A stretch of DNA of 64,000 nucleotides from Gemmatales bacterium (GCA_041640595.1 JBEPZY010000007.1:53611-117610); one strand, 5' to 3'. Counted from the first letter of the stretch, positions 1 through 10,244 are shown. The notes: generated from the letters alone by a model not told the origin. Numbers and translations: made by a program.

Positions 1-557
1 GAGGTATGATCGTCACCAATCGAGCTGAGTGGGCCAGCTATGCTCGTTATCTTACTACTCAGGCAAAAGACGATCCTTTGGAATACATCCACCACCAGAT
101 AGGATACAACTATCGACTTACTAATCTGCAGGCTGCTTTAGGTTGCGCTCAAATGGAAAAATTGGAGGAATTTATTAGGAGAAAGCGAATCATAGCTGCT
201 AACTATCATGCACACCTGGCCGATTTAGCCGGCATTCGACTGCCAGCAGAAGCACCATGGGCGCGGAGTACTTATTGGCTCTATACAATTCTCATATCTA
301 ACAGCAGAACCTATGGTACCAGTCGCAAAATTCTTCACACGCTTAGAGAATGGGGTATTCAATGTCGTCCTCTGTGGCAACCGCTTCACCGCAGCCCAGC
401 TTATTCACAATTGCCACCCAGAGCGTGTCCGGTCGCAGATCGCCTATACTCTCAAGCCCTTAGTCTGCCGAGTTCAGTCAGCCTCACCTGCGAACAGCAG
501 AATATAGTGATTCGTAAGCTGAAAACATGCGTACAGCAAGTCGTGGCGGCAGCTTAA
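1..557 (+). CDS. LegC-like PLP-dependent sugar aminotransferase (DegT/DnrJ/EryC1/StrS family), 5'-truncated by window edge
   Basis: GMIVTN...YLTTQAK...HHQIGYNYRLTNLQAALG and the C-terminal LSLPSS are typical of the family. Lies upstream of neuA/B/C-like genes. Confidence 0.85.
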   Translation, partial: GMIVTNRAEWASYARYLTTQAKDDPLEYIHHQIGYNYRLTNLQAALGCAQMEKLEEFIRRKRIIAANYHAHLADLAGIRLPAEAPWARSTYWLYTILISNSRTYGTSRKILHTLREWGIQCRPLWQPLHRSPAYSQLPPRACPVADRLYSQALSLPSSVSLTCEQQNIVIRKLKTCVQQVVAAA

Positions 558-591
558 GGTCGACAATAGCCTTGCTAATAAGGGGAGGACG

Positions 592-2250
592 TTGAAACCC
601 ATGGAATGTGATGACGTGAAAAAGCGAGCTTTACTCGTTATATACAATGCCGCTCACTTCCGAGAGTTATTGCGTCTCGCACAGTTGTTGCTTAAAAGTG
701 GAGCGTATGTGCCAGTGTTGCTATTCGTTAGTCCCTATCCCGGCCTTAGCGCGCATTATCAGCAATGTATTAGCCTTGGCGTTAGAGCCATCGTCCGTGG
801 CCAATCGCTCCAAAAAAAAACTCACAGATGGCTGGTGACTATTGCACTAATACCGAGTGCGGTTTATAACGTTGTTTGGATATTACTTCATGCCATTGTG
901 CCAGGATTTCTACGGAAGCCGTTACGATCGGTTTACCAATATTTAGCCCGGCATTGCCGTCGGATTGGGGATGCTATTAAAGACCTTCTTTATTCAGCGA
1001 TTAACCATCTTCTTGGGCTGATAAAATCCTCTGACAACTTATGGGTGCACGGTTTACGCGCGGTCAAGGAGTGGCGCTTTGCCCGGAGAATTTGTCGAAT
1101 TTTGCAGCCGGATATTGTTATACTTGCCGAAGATAACGTGGAATACCTGAGCAGCGTGTGGGTCAGGGCTGCTCATCAGCAGGGCCTGCCTGTGTTAGTG
1201 GTACCATATTGCCTGGCAGGTATTGAGGAACCGGCGGCTGTGTACTGGAAGCATCCGAAGCATGATGCGGATAGCGATGAAAATCAGAGGTTGGCGCGGA
1301 GTTTTCCTCAGTGGGTTTATGAATATCAAGGTCGCCGGCTTGTTCGTCTTCCTGCTAAACGAGCACTACCAATGGAGTGGTTGGATATCAGTTCTCCCTT
1401 GCCGTGGGTAATGAACGGGAGTTACGCGGACGCAATTGCAGTGGAAAGCGAGTTTATGCGAAATTTTTATAAACGACAAGGCATCCCATCCAAGCAGCTG
1501 GTGACCACGGGAGCAGTATCCGATGATGTTCTTTATACCACTTTGCAGGACTTAGAGGGTCAACGTTGTAGGCTTTACAGGCAATATGGGATGAAAGAAG
1601 ATAGGCCTATGCTGCTTTGTGCGGTTCCTCCTCTTACATCTGCCATGGCAAACCTCCGGCAGGAATTCGAATCGTACGACGACATGATCCGTTTTTGGAT
1701 CGACAGTATGAAGCGGGTAGAAGGATACAACGTGTTTATATCTCTGCATCCCACAATGGATCGAACACAATTCAAGTGGATAGAAGAGATTGGGTGGTGG
1801 GGAATGGGCTTGGCACCGCCCGACACTGCTGTGATGATCGCACTGTGTGATATATATGTCGCCTCGGTATCTTCAACGATACGCTGGGCTATTGCGTGTG
1901 GGAAACCGGTGATCAACTACGATGTGTACAGGTTCCGCTTTCCGGATTTCAGACCGGCTCCGGGTGTTATCACCGTTGAAACCAAGGAAGAGTTCCTTTT
2001 GGCCTTGAGGCGCATTACAACCGATTCGAACTATTATGATTTGCTCCGAGAAGCTCAGTTAAATGTTAGCAGGTATTGGGGCATGATTGATGGTAGGTCT
2101 GGGAAGCGCATACTCGAACTTATTGATCGCTTAACCCAGCAATACACGACTAAACCTAAATATTATCACGGAATGGGCGGAGTCGAGGCATCCCGAGTTA
2201 GGAAGATCATCTCGGGCAACAAGCTGGCTTCGTGCCAACTTAGGAGCTGA
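592..2250 (+). CDS. Uncharacterised glycan-cluster protein, probable GT-B fold (candidate nonulosonate transferase)
   Basis: 552 aa ORF with GGAGG before a TTG start. C-terminal SLHP...DIYVASVSSTIRWAIACGKPVI...DGRSGKRI resembles the GT-B nucleotide-binding half. Paralog of 6150..7907. Confidence 0.6.
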   Translation: MKPMECDDVKKRALLVIYNAAHFRELLRLAQLLLKSGAYVPVLLFVSPYPGLSAHYQQCISLGVRAIVRGQSLQKKTHRWLVTIALIPSAVYNVVWILLHAIVPGFLRKPLRSVYQYLARHCRRIGDAIKDLLYSAINHLLGLIKSSDNLWVHGLRAVKEWRFARRICRILQPDIVILAEDNVEYLSSVWVRAAHQQGLPVLVVPYCLAGIEEPAAVYWKHPKHDADSDENQRLARSFPQWVYEYQGRRLVRLPAKRALPMEWLDISSPLPWVMNGSYADAIAVESEFMRNFYKRQGIPSKQLVTTGAVSDDVLYTTLQDLEGQRCRLYRQYGMKEDRPMLLCAVPPLTSAMANLRQEFESYDDMIRFWIDSMKRVEGYNVFISLHPTMDRTQFKWIEEIGWWGMGLAPPDTAVMIALCDIYVASVSSTIRWAIACGKPVINYDVYRFRFPDFRPAPGVITVETKEEFLLALRRITTDSNYYDLLREAQLNVSRYWGMIDGRSGKRILELIDRLTQQYTTKPKYYHGMGGVEASRVRKIISGNKLASCQLRS

Positions 2251-2255
2251 TTGTA

Positions 2256-2978
2256 ATGAAAATATTAGCATTGATCCCAGCCCGTGGTGGCTCGGTTTCC
2301 ATTCCCAGAAAAAATTTAGCGGTCCTGGGCAGTGTGCCTTTGATTGCCTGGACTATAGCTCAGGCAAAACACGTGGCAGAATTGGACCGAATAATAGTCA
2401 GCACTGAGGATGTCGAAATCGCCGAAACAGCTAAGAAATATGGTGCTGAAGTACCGTTTATGCGTCCGAAGGAATTGGCGCAGAGTGATACGCCCACAAT
2501 TGATGTTGTGTTTCACGCGCTGGATTGGTTGGAGAGTAACGAATCCTATTTCGCTGATGCTGTGCTCTTACTGCAACCTACTAGCCCATTCCGAACGGCT
2601 GCTGACATTAAGCAGGCGATCGGATTGCTTAGCACTGAGAACTGCCCAGCGGTTGTGAGTGTAACGCCGAGCCATCCGCACCCCTTCCTAGCATTTCGCG
2701 TTAACAACCGTGGCTGTCTGGATCAACTCTGGAACTATGATATCAACCAGGCGAGGCGACAGGATTTACCTGACGCGTACTATCTCAACGGTGCTATTTA
2801 TCTTATCTGGACCGATGTGCTTCGCCGATGCAAATCGTTTATCCCTCCTGGGACGAAAGCATTGATTATGCCGCGGGAGCGATCGTTAGATATAGATGAA
2901 CCATTTGATTTGCTGATAGCTCGTGCATTATTGGAGGCCGAGTCATGGGAAAAGAAATCAAGGTTGCCGGCCGCCTGA
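2256..2978 (+). CDS. neuA: Acylneuraminate (CMP-nonulosonate) cytidylyltransferase, NeuA/LegF family
   Basis: IPARGGSVSIPRKN, LLQPTSPFR, YYLNGAIY and SLDIDEPFD motifs. Confidence 0.92.
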   Translation: MKILALIPARGGSVSIPRKNLAVLGSVPLIAWTIAQAKHVAELDRIIVSTEDVEIAETAKKYGAEVPFMRPKELAQSDTPTIDVVFHALDWLESNESYFADAVLLLQPTSPFRTAADIKQAIGLLSTENCPAVVSVTPSHPHPFLAFRVNNRGCLDQLWNYDINQARRQDLPDAYYLNGAIYLIWTDVLRRCKSFIPPGTKALIMPRERSLDIDEPFDLLIARALLEAESWEKKSRLPAA

Positions 2979-3997
2979 TCGGAGACGGTCATCCATGCTT
3001 TATCATCGCAGAGGCCGGTGTTAATCATAACGGGCATATAGATTTAGCTCGAAAGCTCATAGATATTGCTGCGAATTGTGGAGCGGATGCGGTCAAATTC
3101 CAGACATTTTGCGCAGATAGGTTAGTGACTCCCTCAGCGCGTGTCGCAAAGTATCAGGCAAGAAATATAGGCGAGCAGCAAACTCAATTGGATATGCTTC
3201 GCAAGTTGGAGTTGTCAGAGGAAGCCCACCGCATTTTATTCGATTATGCAAGGAAGAGGGGACTGATTTTCCTGTCGACACCGTTTGATGAACTTAGTGC
3301 GGACCTGTTGGAGGAACTTGGCGTTTCTGCTTATAAGGTGCCATCCGGTGAGTTGACTAACCTGAGGTTTCTCAGGTATTTAGCCAGAAAAGGGAAACCG
3401 CTGATCATTTCGACGGGCATGGCTACCCTAGCGGATGTGGAGCTGGCCATTGAAGCCCTGGAATCCAGCGGCTGCAAAGAATACGTGCTATTGCATTGCG
3501 TCAGTAATTATCCAGCCGAGGCAGAGGGAGTAAATCTGCGAGCAATGCTCACACTACGGGCCGCTTTCGGTGTACCGGTTGGATATTCGGATCATACGCT
3601 CGGGATAGCAGTGCCGTTAGCTGCGGTTGCTTTGGGTGCGTGTGTAATTGAAAAACATTTTACCATCGATCGCAGTTTGCCGGGACCAGATCACAAGGCT
3701 TCCGCTACGCCCGAGGAGCTTAGGGAATTGATAAGCTCCATTCGTACGATCGAACGTGCGTTGGGCGACGGGCGGAAACGACCTACACAGGGAGAGCGTG
3801 ACACTATGCTGGCAGCACGAAAGAGTCTCATCGCAAGTTGTGACATTGCTCGAGGCACTAAGATCGAAGAGCATCATATTACATTGCGTCGCCCTGGAAC
3901 GGGTTTGCCTCCGACTTTTTTGCCTTATTTAGTCGGTCGTATAGCTCGTACCTACATCCGAGCGGGTACGCCTATCACGCTGGACATGGTCGCATGA
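2945..3997 (+). CDS. neuB: N-acetylneuraminate/legionaminate synthase, NeuB/LegI family
   Basis: IIAEAGVNHNG, AVKFQTF, GYSDHTLG, IEKHFT and a C-terminal SAF domain. Confidence 0.95.
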   Translation: MGKEIKVAGRLIGDGHPCFIIAEAGVNHNGHIDLARKLIDIAANCGADAVKFQTFCADRLVTPSARVAKYQARNIGEQQTQLDMLRKLELSEEAHRILFDYARKRGLIFLSTPFDELSADLLEELGVSAYKVPSGELTNLRFLRYLARKGKPLIISTGMATLADVELAIEALESSGCKEYVLLHCVSNYPAEAEGVNLRAMLTLRAAFGVPVGYSDHTLGIAVPLAAVALGACVIEKHFTIDRSLPGPDHKASATPEELRELISSIRTIERALGDGRKRPTQGERDTMLAARKSLIASCDIARGTKIEEHHITLRRPGTGLPPTFLPYLVGRIARTYIRAGTPITLDMVA

Positions 3998-5205
3998 GAA
4001 AAATTGCTGTCGTTACAGTGGCGAGGTCGGATTGGGGTATATATCTGCCAGTGCTCCAATGCCTGCGCGAACATAAGGGGGTGCAAGTGCTAATAATTGT
4101 AGGTGGGGCCCACTTAGTCCACCAGTTTGGTAGGACAGTGGACGAAGTAAGAAACTCTGGATTCGAAATCACTGCGACGATAAATTTCTTGCTCGCGGAC
4201 GATTCCCCCGAGGCGATTTCGAAGTCATTAGGTCTGGGAATTGTTAGTTTTGCCCAACATTTTCAGAGCTGCCGGCCCGACTTGCTGGTCGTGCTTGGGG
4301 ATCGATATGAGATGTACGCCGCGGCTCTGGCTGCATTGCCGTTCCAAATACCCGTGGCTCATATTCACGGAGGAGAATTGTCGCTGGGCGCTATAGACGA
4401 TGCCATTCGACATAGCCTTACTAAGCTTAGCCATCTTCATTTCGTTGCTTGCCAGGAGTATGCACGTCGAGTCATACAACTTGGAGAAGAACCCTGGCGA
4501 GTTATTATAAGCGGTGCGCCTGCCCTCGATGCTATTCGAATGTTTACTCCTCTGCCAGCATCAGAGTTTCAGACTCGCACAGGGATTGATCCAAATGCTG
4601 GTTTTTTGTTAGTGACATATCACCCAGTAACTTTGGAATTCAAGGACGCAGGGTTTCAAATCAGGGAGTTGCTAACCGCTTTGGACCAATTTTCTACGCC
4701 TATCCTGTTTACGGCGCCTAACGCGGATACCAGCAGCCATGTAATCAGAGACGAAATTCTATCGTACTGCAAGACGCACCGAAAGGCTAAATACATAGCT
4801 CATTGCGGGCCGGAGCTTTATTACAGTGCGATGCATTATGCAGCAGCAATGGTTGGAAATTCGTCAAGCGGAATTATCGAGGCTCCTTCTTTTTGCATGC
4901 CCGTGGTAAACATTGGCAGGCGTCAGGAGGGACGAATAAGGGCACGCAACGTTATAGATGTCGGCTATTCAAGGGGGGAGATTATCGAGGGTATCCGACG
5001 GGCTCTCAGCAGGGAATTTCGGGAATCACTGCGTGGGCTTGAAAATCCCTACGGCGATGGTTATGCAGGGGAACGAATTGCCAATGTGCTTAGTTCAATA
5101 CCGCTGGATGAGAAGTTACTGCGGAAAAAATTTTACGATTTGCCTATCGCTCCAGATTCAAATGTGCAAAAGAGAGAGTCCGGTGAGTTAAAGATGATAG
5201 CGTAG
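3994..5205 (+). CDS. neuC: Hydrolysing NDP-sugar 2-epimerase, NeuC/LegG family
   Basis: RSDWG, LGDRYE, HIHGGE, GNSSSGIIEAP and NPYGDG motifs; ATGA overlap with neuB. Confidence 0.93.
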   Translation: MRKIAVVTVARSDWGIYLPVLQCLREHKGVQVLIIVGGAHLVHQFGRTVDEVRNSGFEITATINFLLADDSPEAISKSLGLGIVSFAQHFQSCRPDLLVVLGDRYEMYAAALAALPFQIPVAHIHGGELSLGAIDDAIRHSLTKLSHLHFVACQEYARRVIQLGEEPWRVIISGAPALDAIRMFTPLPASEFQTRTGIDPNAGFLLVTYHPVTLEFKDAGFQIRELLTALDQFSTPILFTAPNADTSSHVIRDEILSYCKTHRKAKYIAHCGPELYYSAMHYAAAMVGNSSSGIIEAPSFCMPVVNIGRRQEGRIRARNVIDVGYSRGEIIEGIRRALSREFRESLRGLENPYGDGYAGERIANVLSSIPLDEKLLRKKFYDLPIAPDSNVQKRESGELKMIA

Positions 5206-5264
5206 GATGTAGGAGAACAAGGACGCTAAGATGATAGATGGCGAGATCAAGGAAGGAGGACGCG

Positions 5265-6113
5265 ATGATCCGTATTATTCCACGCCTTGACATTAAGGGA
5301 CCTAACTTAGTGAAAGGCATTCACTTGGAAGGTTTGCGAGTGCTAGGAAAGCCGGAACATTTCGCGCGCTATTATTATGAGAATGGAGCCGATGAGCTGC
5401 TATACATGGATGCGGTAGCCAGTCTATACAATCGGAACAACCTTTTGCACATTGTGGAGCGGACAGCACGGGAGGTATTCATACCACTGACTGTGGGTGG
5501 AGGATTACGGTCAGTGGAGGATATCCGGGCCGTGCTGCGTGCCGGTGCAGATAAGGTATCTTTAAACACTGCGGCTATTCGCAGGCCGGAGCTGATTCGG
5601 GAAGCAGCCAAGGCATTCGGTTCTTCAACAATCGTGGTATCCATAGAGGCGATCAAGCAGAAAGACGGCACTTATAAATGTTACACCGACTGCGGTCGTC
5701 AAGAAACCGGTATAGATGCTTTTGAATGGGCAGTGCGAGCTGCAGAGTTAGGTGCTGGAGAGATCCTGGTAACTTCGGTGGATCGAGAGGGTACTGGTTT
5801 AGGATTCGACCTGGAGTTGACGCGCCGCATTGCTGAGGCAGTTTCGATACCCGTAATTGCGTGCGGTGGTGCTGGTAACCCAGAGCATGTATATGACGTT
5901 ATTACGAAGGGACGGGCCCAGGCGGTCTGCATTGCCTCGATGTTCCACTATAATTATGTGAAACATTTTCCGCCTGATCCTAGTGAGTTCAAGGAAGAAG
6001 GCAACTTAGAATTTATCCGCCGCCGATTACAGTGGAACCGGATTCAAGATACTACGTTGCCGGAATTGAAGAGGTACCTTGTGGATCGCGGTGTAGATTG
6101 CCGCTGGAACTAA
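5265..6113 (+). CDS. HisF-like cyclase subunit of the glycan-cluster (WbuZ-like) type
   Basis: RIIPRLDIK...VKG, PLTVGGG, GADKVSLNTAA, TSVDREGT. GGAGGA RBS before ATG 5265. Located inside a sugar cluster, not a his operon. Confidence 0.85.
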   Translation: MIRIIPRLDIKGPNLVKGIHLEGLRVLGKPEHFARYYYENGADELLYMDAVASLYNRNNLLHIVERTAREVFIPLTVGGGLRSVEDIRAVLRAGADKVSLNTAAIRRPELIREAAKAFGSSTIVVSIEAIKQKDGTYKCYTDCGRQETGIDAFEWAVRAAELGAGEILVTSVDREGTGLGFDLELTRRIAEAVSIPVIACGGAGNPEHVYDVITKGRAQAVCIASMFHYNYVKHFPPDPSEFKEEGNLEFIRRRLQWNRIQDTTLPELKRYLVDRGVDCRWN

Positions 6114-6149
6114 CGCTAGTGTGTTTTCTTTATAAGGAATTACAGCAGG

Positions 6150-7907
6150 ATGCTCCCGGAAAGTGTCCTTTTCGTCGCCTACGAGGCATCACAGATCGAG
6201 TTGTTTATTGAAATCGCCAGGTTCATCCGGCTGAGGACTAGCTTCGTCCCTATTGTTTATTGTCCATACGCGCTACCGAAAGCCGAGATATATGCGCAAC
6301 AATGCTGCCAGGCAGGGATCGAATATTTGCAAGCACATACCTCGTTAGGTGGTCGCATCAACCTGGCTGAGATCATCGAAAAACTTGCCGTGCGATACAG
6401 TCAGCCTGTTGCGACCATCGAGCCCGGATGTAGGGGCGAGGTGGGTGAGTGGGCAAAAGGCTCGCCTGGGTATCCGCAGTGGGCTAGCGTAGCTCGACAG
6501 CGCAAGCGGATCGGTCAGGCGCGGGCGGAAGTAAGGAAGGTCCTGGAAAAATGGATGAACCTCAGGTCTGATGAGGTTCGTGAACAAGCGATAAGTGAAT
6601 TTTCACTGTGGCTGGGAACGTATCAACTGGAGATGGAGATTGCTCACCAGCTGGTAGAAAGACTGCGAGTGGCGGTGATAGTATTAGCGGAACATGTTGC
6701 GGAGCGAGATAGTGGGATGTGGTTGAGAACAGCAGCCGAGCACGGCATCCCAGCGATTGTAATGGCTCAACATGTTGCTGCCCGGCAAGGTACAGTTGGC
6801 GCCTATGCTTGCCGATTCGAGTATTCCATGTTGCACCCGGCAAATAAAGTCCTGGTGGAATTTTTTCCCCACTGGCGGTTAGATTATGATGGGTACGAGC
6901 TGGTGCGGCTGCCCGCTGGACAAGCATTAGCGCAGGAATGGTGGGGTATTGCTATGCCCCGCCCTTGGGTCGTCAATAGTGAGCCACTAAACGGTGTGTG
7001 GCTTGAAAGCGAGTTTTTGGCTGAGATATATATGATGCAAGGTGTGGAAGGCAAACATATATCGGTAGTCGGGAGTCCGCATCTGGATCGGCTGGCGCAG
7101 ATTATTACAGGGCAAATCTATGTAGAGCGATCTGACGTCTGGGATGAGTTGGAAATAGATCTAAGCAAGCCGTTATTGCTATGCGCACTGCCAGCGAACC
7201 TATACCCTCAGCGGAAAGCCTGGAGGTTCGAGAGTTACCTGGAGTTAGTATGTCACTGGTTAGAGGTCTTGCGGAGGGTGAAGAATCTAAGTGTGCTGGT
7301 GTCGCTGCATCCCGGTGCTGGTAGTGAGTTGAGCGATTGGGTAGCGCGCAGGGGATTTCCGTTTGTTCGGGGCCAGCTCACAGAGATTTTACCCAGAGCG
7401 AGTGTTTACATTGCCAGCATGTCAAGCACCATTGCCTGGGCACTGGCTTGCGGTGTTCCAGTGATCAACTACGATGTGTACTGCCTGAATTACCGCTTCT
7501 TCCGCCAAGAACACGGCTGTCTGACGGTGCAGTCTCACCTGGAGTTTGAACAGTTGCTTGCAGAAATAGATGTTTACTTTGCTGGACGAGCAAAGCCAGG
7601 CGAAAGCTCACGCATCGCCAGGTTGGAGAAGAACGCCCGTCGTCATGCTGAGTACTATGGCCGGCTGGACGGATTATCGATCGAGCGGATTGTGGCCGGC
7701 ATCTGGGAACTGAGCCGGAGAAAAATCCCCGTCCCGATGGCCCGGAATTACTGGCAGGGCGAAATTCGCGATTGCACAATTATGCGGCAATGGCTGCATG
7801 AACGCCTATCCGGGATCGCGCCGCGTATGGAAGAAGATTTTTGGCAACTGCGTAAGTGTGAGGCGAGCGATTGGGTTGACGAGCCGCAGCTGAAGCTCGC
7901 AAGTTGA
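6150..7907 (+). CDS. Uncharacterised glycan-cluster protein, probable GT-B fold; paralog of 592..2250
   Basis: Shares LVRLPA, PWVxN, ESEF, LLCA, SLHP, SSTIxWAxACGxPVINYDVY and DGxSxxRI blocks with the 592..2250 protein. Confidence 0.6.
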   Translation: MLPESVLFVAYEASQIELFIEIARFIRLRTSFVPIVYCPYALPKAEIYAQQCCQAGIEYLQAHTSLGGRINLAEIIEKLAVRYSQPVATIEPGCRGEVGEWAKGSPGYPQWASVARQRKRIGQARAEVRKVLEKWMNLRSDEVREQAISEFSLWLGTYQLEMEIAHQLVERLRVAVIVLAEHVAERDSGMWLRTAAEHGIPAIVMAQHVAARQGTVGAYACRFEYSMLHPANKVLVEFFPHWRLDYDGYELVRLPAGQALAQEWWGIAMPRPWVVNSEPLNGVWLESEFLAEIYMMQGVEGKHISVVGSPHLDRLAQIITGQIYVERSDVWDELEIDLSKPLLLCALPANLYPQRKAWRFESYLELVCHWLEVLRRVKNLSVLVSLHPGAGSELSDWVARRGFPFVRGQLTEILPRASVYIASMSSTIAWALACGVPVINYDVYCLNYRFFRQEHGCLTVQSHLEFEQLLAEIDVYFAGRAKPGESSRIARLEKNARRHAEYYGRLDGLSIERIVAGIWELSRRKIPVPMARNYWQGEIRDCTIMRQWLHERLSGIAPRMEEDFWQLRKCEASDWVDEPQLKLAS

Positions 7908-8116
7908 GCATCTGGGAGGCCTGCGTTTTATATAACAGGATGTACGTCCATCCCGGAGCGGGTGGAAAAATTTTGTGCTTGACGTTGCCCGGTCGGAACG
8001 ATAGCATACAAAGTACGCTGCCAACAATCCCAGGGGGGACCTGCACCGAGCTTCAAGCCCTCGCCTGCCTGATTCGGGCCTTCCGAAGCCGGTTTCGCAG
8101 GAAAAAGGAGCAAGCC

Positions 8117-9421
8117 ATGCTGAAAGTAGTGTCCGACCGGGTGCATGGTAACTGTGCGGGAATACGTCGCCGCGATTTCTTGAAAGCAGGGGTTCTGGGG
8201 CTGACCGGTTTGACGCTAGGAGACTTGCTGCGAGCCAGGGCTTTGGCAGCGGAACAAGGTCAGCCGGTTCGTAATACGTCGGTGGTCTGGCTCTGGTTGC
8301 CAGGTGGCCCGACGCACATCGAAACGTTCGACCCGAAAATGACTGCGCCGGCAGAATACCGAAGCGTGGTGGGCGCGATAAAGACCTGCGTGCCAGGTAT
8401 CGAGATAGGGGCGATTTTCCCCAAGATGGCCCAGGTGGCTGACCGAATGGCATTTGTTCGGTCGTTTGCGCACACCAACTCGGGCCACGCCGGCGGTACG
8501 CACTTTGTTATGACGGGCTACGATCATATTCCGGCAGATAACGGAGCACCTCCAGTTCGCCCATCCATTGGGTCGATCGTGGCGCGGCTGCGAGGGCCCA
8601 ATCATCCGGTAACCGGATTGCCCACTTACGTGCGACTGGGTGGCATTTATGCGGATGGGCCTGCCTGGTTGGGACCAGCCTATGCGCCGTTCGATACCAC
8701 TGGCAATGCCCGCAGCAACATGAATTTGAAAGTTACGCTCCAGCAGCTGGAGGATCGCCGCAGGTTGTTGCGCTCCCTGGATCGCATCAATCGGGAGATT
8801 GATCAGAGCGGTTTGATGGCGGGACTGGATAGCTTCGACCAGCAGGCGTTCAACCTGATACTGGGACGGGCCAAGGATGTGTTCGACCTGAGCAAAGAAG
8901 ATCCGCGTGTGCGGGATCGCTATGGCCCGGGGTTGGGACAGCAACTACTTCTAGCTCGCCGGCTGTGTGAGGCTGGGGTGGGTTTCGTAACCGTGACTTA
9001 TGGTGGGTGGGATCATCACGGGAATATCAAGCAGGAATTGGAACGCCAGGCACCGCAACTCGACCATGCAGTTGCCACGTTTGTCGAGGACATCTACGCC
9101 CGCGGGCTAGACCGGCAGATTTTGCTCGTCATTACCGGTGAGTTCGGGCGCACACCGCGGATCAACGGCAGCGCTGGCCGCGACCACTGGGCGCCTCTGA
9201 GCACCCTGGCGTTGTCGGGTGGGGGATTGCGAATGGGTCAGGTGGTAGGCGAATCGAACGCCAAGGCAGAAGTGCCGAAATCCACGCCCATTACCCCGCA
9301 GGACCTTATGGCAACGATATTCCATGTGCTCGGCATAGATCCGCACGTGCAGTTCCGTGATCCCAGTGGCCGTCCCGTTTACATGGTGGAGAACGGCAAG
9401 CCAATTCAGGAGCTGATTTAG
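8117..9421 (+). CDS. DUF1501 domain protein (planctomycete-expanded family)
   Basis: RRRDFLK twin-arginine-like leader, WLPGGPTHIETFDPK, GWDHH, GEFGRTP, GRDHW. AGGAG RBS before ATG 8117. Confidence 0.92.
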   Translation: MLKVVSDRVHGNCAGIRRRDFLKAGVLGLTGLTLGDLLRARALAAEQGQPVRNTSVVWLWLPGGPTHIETFDPKMTAPAEYRSVVGAIKTCVPGIEIGAIFPKMAQVADRMAFVRSFAHTNSGHAGGTHFVMTGYDHIPADNGAPPVRPSIGSIVARLRGPNHPVTGLPTYVRLGGIYADGPAWLGPAYAPFDTTGNARSNMNLKVTLQQLEDRRRLLRSLDRINREIDQSGLMAGLDSFDQQAFNLILGRAKDVFDLSKEDPRVRDRYGPGLGQQLLLARRLCEAGVGFVTVTYGGWDHHGNIKQELERQAPQLDHAVATFVEDIYARGLDRQILLVITGEFGRTPRINGSAGRDHWAPLSTLALSGGGLRMGQVVGESNAKAEVPKSTPITPQDLMATIFHVLGIDPHVQFRDPSGRPVYMVENGKPIQELI

Positions 9422-9440
9422 TTCGTCAGGCTGCCGACCT

Positions 9441-10106
9441 TCACCACGGCTCGACGATTACGCCGGGACGCAGAAACGGATTGGTACGCTTTTCATGCCC
9501 GATGGTCGTAACGGGTCCGTGCCCTGGATAAACCACGGTATCATCGGGCAGAGTAAGAAGTTTCTGCTGAATACCCTGAATGAGTAACTGGCCATTTCCC
9601 CCTGGGAAATCAAAGCGTCCGATGCTCCCGCGGAATAGGACATCTCCGCCCCATAAGCACCAGGGAATCGCGTCGCGGCACAGATAGACGACATGCCCTG
9701 GTGTGTGCCCTGGAACTTCCAGCACGTGCCAATTTATCCCTGCTGCCTGCACTGTGTCTCCTTCGTACAGTAACACATCCGCCGCGGGGCTGACGAGCGG
9801 GAAACCGAAGTCGGCGCTGAGATTGGCATGGGCATCAGTGAGCATGACGGCATCGGCATGGCCAATGTAAAGTCTGGCGCTCGGAAATGCTTTCTTGAGC
9901 GCGGCGTTGCCGGCGATGTGGTCTGCGTGGCCGTGAGTGTTGAGTATGGCCACAAGTTCGAGACGTTCCTCCGCCAGGATTTGTAAAAGGGCATCGGGTT
10001 CCAGACCGGGATCGAAAACGACACACTCCCGGCAGCCCGGTTGCCAGACAATGTAGCTATTTTCGCCAAAAGGTGCGGAAACAACTGTGCGAATTTCCAA
10101 GGTCAT
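9441..10106 (-). CDS. MBL-fold metallo-hydrolase (glyoxalase II-like)
   Basis: THGHADHI, PGHTPGH, GDVLF and YPGHG motifs. Start could be 10148. Confidence 0.9.
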   Translation of the reverse strand: MTLEIRTVVSAPFGENSYIVWQPGCRECVVFDPGLEPDALLQILAEERLELVAILNTHGHADHIAGNAALKKAFPSARLYIGHADAVMLTDAHANLSADFGFPLVSPAADVLLYEGDTVQAAGINWHVLEVPGHTPGHVVYLCRDAIPWCLWGGDVLFRGSIGRFDFPGGNGQLLIQGIQQKLLTLPDDTVVYPGHGPVTTIGHEKRTNPFLRPGVIVEPW

Positions 10107-10244
10107 CGTGGGGCGATGTCTCCATTTTGCAGGGTTCTGAGTCGTCACCAGACAATGGGCTTGTCTAGAGGGATATCGTTTTTTATACGAGAAGTCGTGG
10201 AATGTGCGGATGAAACCCCTAGGACGCTACGGAGGCCAATACTT

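Noticed and set aside
5265..6113. Histidine operon (with 55422..56171)
   Set aside because: The HisF-like gene is in a sugar cluster and the HisA-like gene is the C1-cluster paralog; no other his genes are present.
7904..8116. N-terminal extensions in the ORF track (also 10041, 12627, 38527, 51485, 53580, 61800)
   Set aside because: Downstream ATGs with better RBS and/or family-typical N-termini were preferred.
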